Part shown: piece after piece, positions 59,371-64,000 of the stretch
Numbering within the stretch: the first letter of the stretch is position 1
Layout of the letters: each line of letters begins with the position of its first letter
Origin: Eledone cirrhosa
Lineage: Eukaryota
DNA length: 64,000 nt
Direction of reading: 5' to 3'
Assembly: GCA_964016885.1 (NCBI GenBank)
Contig: OZ024740.1
Coordinates: 158,534,001 to 158,598,000 of the forward strand
The notes under the pieces: model-generated
The model's database searches: none
What the model saw: the letters and a program-made list of their open reading frames with translations, nothing else
Told to the model about the DNA's origin: nothing
Position numbers and translations under genes: made by a program

Positions 59371-60912
59371 ATTAGAAAGCTAGGTGTTGATGAATGGCTT
59401 GTGAGAGCTATACAAGCCAGGTTTTAAAGAAACAGTCAGCAAGGTTAGAATTAACAACGAATATAGTAAAAGTTGGTGTTCATCAGGGCTCCGTCCTTAG
59501 CCCCCTACTATTTATTATTGCCCTTCAGCCTATAACAGTGGAGTTCAAGGCCGGCTGCCCATGGGAACTCCTATACGCAGATGATCTAATGCTCATAGCT
59601 GAATCAATGGCCGAGCTAGAGAAGAAATTCCAAACATGGAAGCACGGCCTAGAATCAAAAGGCCTTAAAATTAACCTGGCTAAGACTAAAGTTCTAGTTT
59701 GTAGGAAAGAAAATAGGGCGCCGGTCCCTTCCGGGAAATGGCCATCCTCAGTGTGTAGGAAAGGCGTAGGTAGAAACTCCAATTTATGTCCCAAATGCAA
59801 AGTATGGGTGCATAAAAGATGTAGCGGGATCACTGGTAAGCTAACTAAGAACATAGATTTTACATGTGGCCGGTGCTCTGGTGCAATAAGTAGCAGCAAG
59901 TGCCCACAAAATACTAGCTCTTTCAATTGCGCAGAGGATTCTATAGAAATAGTGGACAGCTTCCGTTACCTGGGTGACAAAATCAGCAGTGGGGGAGGGT
60001 GCTCTGAAAGTACAGTAGCTAGAATCAGAACTGGATGGAAAAAGTTCAGAGAGCTTATACCACTATTAGCCGCTAAAGGGTTCTCCCTAAAAATGAAAGG
60101 CAGGCTGTATGATGCCTGCATACGAATAGCAATGGTGCATGGCAGTGAGACCTGGGCATTATGTGCAGAGGATATACGCAGACTAGAGCGGAACGAAGCT
60201 TGCATGCTCCGCTGGATGTGTAATAGTAATATACGTGAACGGCAAAGCATTAACGAACTAAGGAAAAAATTAGAAATAAGAGGGATCAGATGTTGTTTAC
60301 TCGAGAGAAGGCTACGTTGGTATGGTCACGTGATGCGCATGAAAGACGACAGCTGTATAAAAAAGTGCAGGGCAATAAAAATAGACTGTAGCCACGGAGT
60401 AGGCAGACCCAGAAAAACCTGGGATGACTTGATAAATTCCGACCTCACACACTTAGACCTCTCCAAGACAATGTCACTGGAGCGAGATCTTTGGCGGTAC
60501 TCAGTAATAGAGAAGACCCGCCTTACCTAAATACAAAGTAAAACCTACTACAGTCAGTAGGCACCTCTAACAAATTACACCCCCGTCCCACCACCCCCAC
60601 CCCATCCACACCGCCCCTTTCAATGTAAAGTTATGTTGGTGCCACAACATCCAGGCTGAAACAAATGAGGTCGTGTAGGTGTCACGACAAAAAAACACAC
60701 AGTCCACGCTGTAATGTGGCCGTGTCGGTAACACGGTAAAAACCTCCCAGTTCCACACTGTAAATGTGGTTGGTGTTAGGAAGGGCATCCAGCTGTAGAA
60801 AACCCGCCAGACAGTCCTATGCGAGCAAGACAACCACGCTTGCCTCAAGTGGGAAAACTCCCGTCCAAACCCATGCAAGCGTGGAATATGGACGTTAAAC
60901 GATGATGATGAT
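59371..60912 (+). mobile_element. 5'-truncated young RTE (copy 4)
   Basis: ORF 59394-60530 with RT C-half, 3' UTR and (GAT)n tail. Confidence 0.95.
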
Positions 60913-61014
60913 GTATATGCATATATATGTATATGCATATATATGTATATGCATATATATGTATATATATATATATGTATTGTATATATATGTATATATG
61001 TATATGTATGTATA

Positions 61015-61682
61015 TATATTTCGTTTCTGAATTTGTTTAGCAAGATTCTTTATCTGAAATCGTGTGTTGAAACCGATATTGTTATACTTTGGGAGGGTCA
61101 TGTTGCCAATAAGAAACACATGCAACAGTTGCTTTCACTTCAATTTATTATAATAAATTTATAATAAATTTATAAATTTATAAATTTCTGGTTGGTTGGT
61201 TGGCTCCACAACCAGATAGTTGTTTATATATTGTCATAGTTCTTTCGTCACACACTCTGTGACCTCTTCAGTGACTGGGGATTCCTTTCTTTGTTTCTGT
61301 GCCTCTCTTTTATATATTGTGATAGTTCTTTCGTCACACACTCTGTGACCTCTTCAGTGACTGGGGATTCCTTTCTTTGTTTCTGTGCCTCTCTTTTGTT
61401 CTGTCCCACGCCATTTTGTTTCGGAAACAAAATGGCGTAGGACAGAACAAAGGAGAGGCACAGAAACAAAGAAAGGAATCCCCAGTCACTGAAGAGGTCA
61501 CAGAGTGTGTGACGAAAGAACTATGACAATATATAAACAACTATCTGGTTGTGGAACCAACCAACCAACCAGAAATTTATAAATTCATAAATTTATTATA
61601 AATTTATTATAATAAATTGAAGTGAAAGCAACTGGTGCGTGTGTTTCTTATTGGCAACATGACCCTCCCAAAGTATAACAAT
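61015..61682. mobile_element. Family B fold-back with three HHR motifs (61233-61275 minus, 61319-61361 minus, 61485-61527 plus)
   Basis: gtca CTGAAGA g gtcac-agagtgt-gtgac GAAA gaac TA tgac; left arm carries an 86-bp tandem duplication of the HHR. Confidence 0.85.
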
Positions 61683-61707
61683 ATGTATATATATATGTAT
61701 ATGTATG

Positions 61708-61774
<67 letters not shown>

Positions 61775-61803
61775 GTCTATGTATGTATATATATATGTAT
61801 ATG

Positions 61804-61842
<39 letters not shown>

Positions 61843-61867
61843 ATATATATATATATATGTATATGTA

Positions 61868-62425
61868 TCATCATCATCATCATCATCATCGTTTAACGTC
61901 CGTGTTCCATGCTTGCATGGGTTTGGACGGGAGTTTTCCCACTTGAGGCAAGAGTGGTTGTCTTGCTCGCATAGGACTGTCTGGCGGGTTTTCTACAGTT
62001 GGATGCCCTTCCTAACACCAACCACATTTACAGTGTGGGGCTGGGAGGTTTTTACCGTGTTGCCTACACGGCCACATTACAGCGTGGACTGTCTGGCAGG
62101 TTTTCTACAGCTGGATGCCCTTCCTAACACCAACCACATTTACAGTGTGGGACTGGGAGGTTTTTACCGTGTTGCCTACACGGTCACATTACAGCGTGGA
62201 CTGTGTGTTTTTTTGTCGTGACACCTACACGATCTCGTTTGTTTCGGCCTGGATTTTGTGGCACCAACATAACTTTACATTGAAAGGGGCGGTGTGGATG
62301 GGGTGGGGGTGGTGGGACGGGGGTGTATTTTGTTAGAGATGCCTACTGACTGTAGTAGGTTTTACTTTGTATTTAGGTAACGCGGGTCTTCTCTATTACT
62401 GAGTACCGCCAAAGCTCTCGGTCCA
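61868..62425 (-). mobile_element. RTE 3' end (copy 5) with an internal ~113-bp tandem duplication
   Basis: (CAT)n tail, 3' UTR and last codons ([16 protein letters not shown]); GGACTGT-bounded repeat near 61974/62087. Confidence 0.92.
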
Positions 62426-62549
62426 GATATATATGTATATGTATGTACATATATATATATGTATATATATATGTATGTATATATATATATATATATTTAT
62501 ATGTATGTGTATATATATGTATGTATATATATATATATGTATATGTATG

Positions 62550-62582
<33 letters not shown>

Positions 62583-62619
62583 ATATATATGTATATGCAT
62601 ATATATGTATATGTATATG

Positions 62620-62651
<32 letters not shown>

Positions 62652-62755
62652 TGTATATATATATGTATATGTATGTATATATATATATATATGTATATGT
62701 ATGTATATATATATATATATGTATATGTATGTATATATATATATATATATGTATG

Positions 62756-62790
<35 letters not shown>

Positions 62791-64000
62791 GTATATGTAT
62801 GTATATATATGTATATGTATATGTATGTATATATATATATATGTATATGTATGTATATATATATATATGTATATGTATATATATGTATATGTATATGCAT
62901 ATATATGTATATGTATGTATATATATATATATGTATATGTATATGCATATATATGTATATGTATATGCATGTATGTATATATATATGAGTGTGTATATTT
63001 TTCGGAGAGTGCTATTTCAACAAACAGTTGGGGATATGGAATTGAAAAATACAGTGCTGCTGACGGATCTATGGAAAGTAATCTTCATTTGGTATTTGTG
63101 CGAACAAAGAATATAATACTGCTACACATTTGGCATACCATGTATGTATAATTGTTTCTATATATAAAACATGATCTATATGAAACATATCTTTAGGTAT
63201 GATGCAAATATATATCTACATTTATTTTAGTATATATTTATTTTGATATACATAGATACACACACACACACACACACACACTTTTCTATAAGCAGGGAAC
63301 AGATTTAATTTCAAACATCTTCTTTGCACATTATTCCTGAGATGATCTTTTGGGGTGAGTCCTCAAACACTCCTTCCAGTGAGTCCTGTCAGAAGCAGCC
63401 GCGTCCAATTGATCTGGCAGGATCCCCAAGTGTGATCAGCCAAGCTCATGCATGTTATCCAACCATCTTGCTCAGAGTCAGCCTCTGAGTCTCCTACTGT
63501 CCAGCGATTCTTTCCTGAGACATTCTAACCACAAGCTCATAGCATTGGAGCTGTGATCTCTCAATTCGGGGAGAAGTAGCGACTCTACCTGGAGTGACAC
63601 TCTGATTTCCGAGCTATGCATTTTATCGAGTAACGTTACTTCAAAGACCCTTCTGAGGAGCCTTATTTAGACCGCTTGTATTTGCAATTGTATTCTTTCG
63701 GTCATTACCCAAATTTCATGACGATAGGGGTTAGCACGAATACTGAATTGAAGATAGCGAGTTTGGCTTTTACGCCTACCTCCCTTCTTCTGATTACTGA
63801 ATGCATAACCTGATGCATTACTGCACCAGCCCATGCAATTCTTCCACTTAATTCAGCCTCCTGCCTTCCATCACTCCATAACAAACATGTTATATTAATA
63901 ACATAATTTTTATGAATGATTTTTCATATTTATTTATTAGTTCTTTATGTTCAGTTTTGGGCAGTAGCAACCCTAAATTTATTGTTAAAGTTTTGAGACA

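Overview
AT-rich, repeat-dominated eukaryotic DNA. The repeat complement (tRNA-derived SINEs with a GCCTTTCATCCTTTCGGGGTCGATAAA core, (GAT)n-tailed RTE LINEs, kilobase TA arrays) suggests an octopus or other cephalopod; this is an inference. Most long ORFs in the track are microsatellite artefacts. Real content: one intact RTE LINE (APE, RT and PHD-like finger, 1076 aa) with four young truncated copies and older RTE relics, a Penelope GIY-YIG fragment, a DD37D (maT) transposon remnant, Tc1- and piggyBac-type MITEs, SINE clusters, a 54-bp minisatellite and weak candidate host exons. The most striking hidden layer is about 17 type I hammerhead-ribozyme motifs (intact or degenerate) from about 8 unrelated short non-coding families. 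These sit in (TA)n tracts, often as fold-back inverted duplications, and many end in a shared TTGAGTRCT motif, consistent with Penelope pLTR or retrozyme-like elements. Neighbouring tail-to-tail RTE copies also share private variants, and one target-site duplication encloses two outward-facing RTE tails. All alignments and folds were done by eye.
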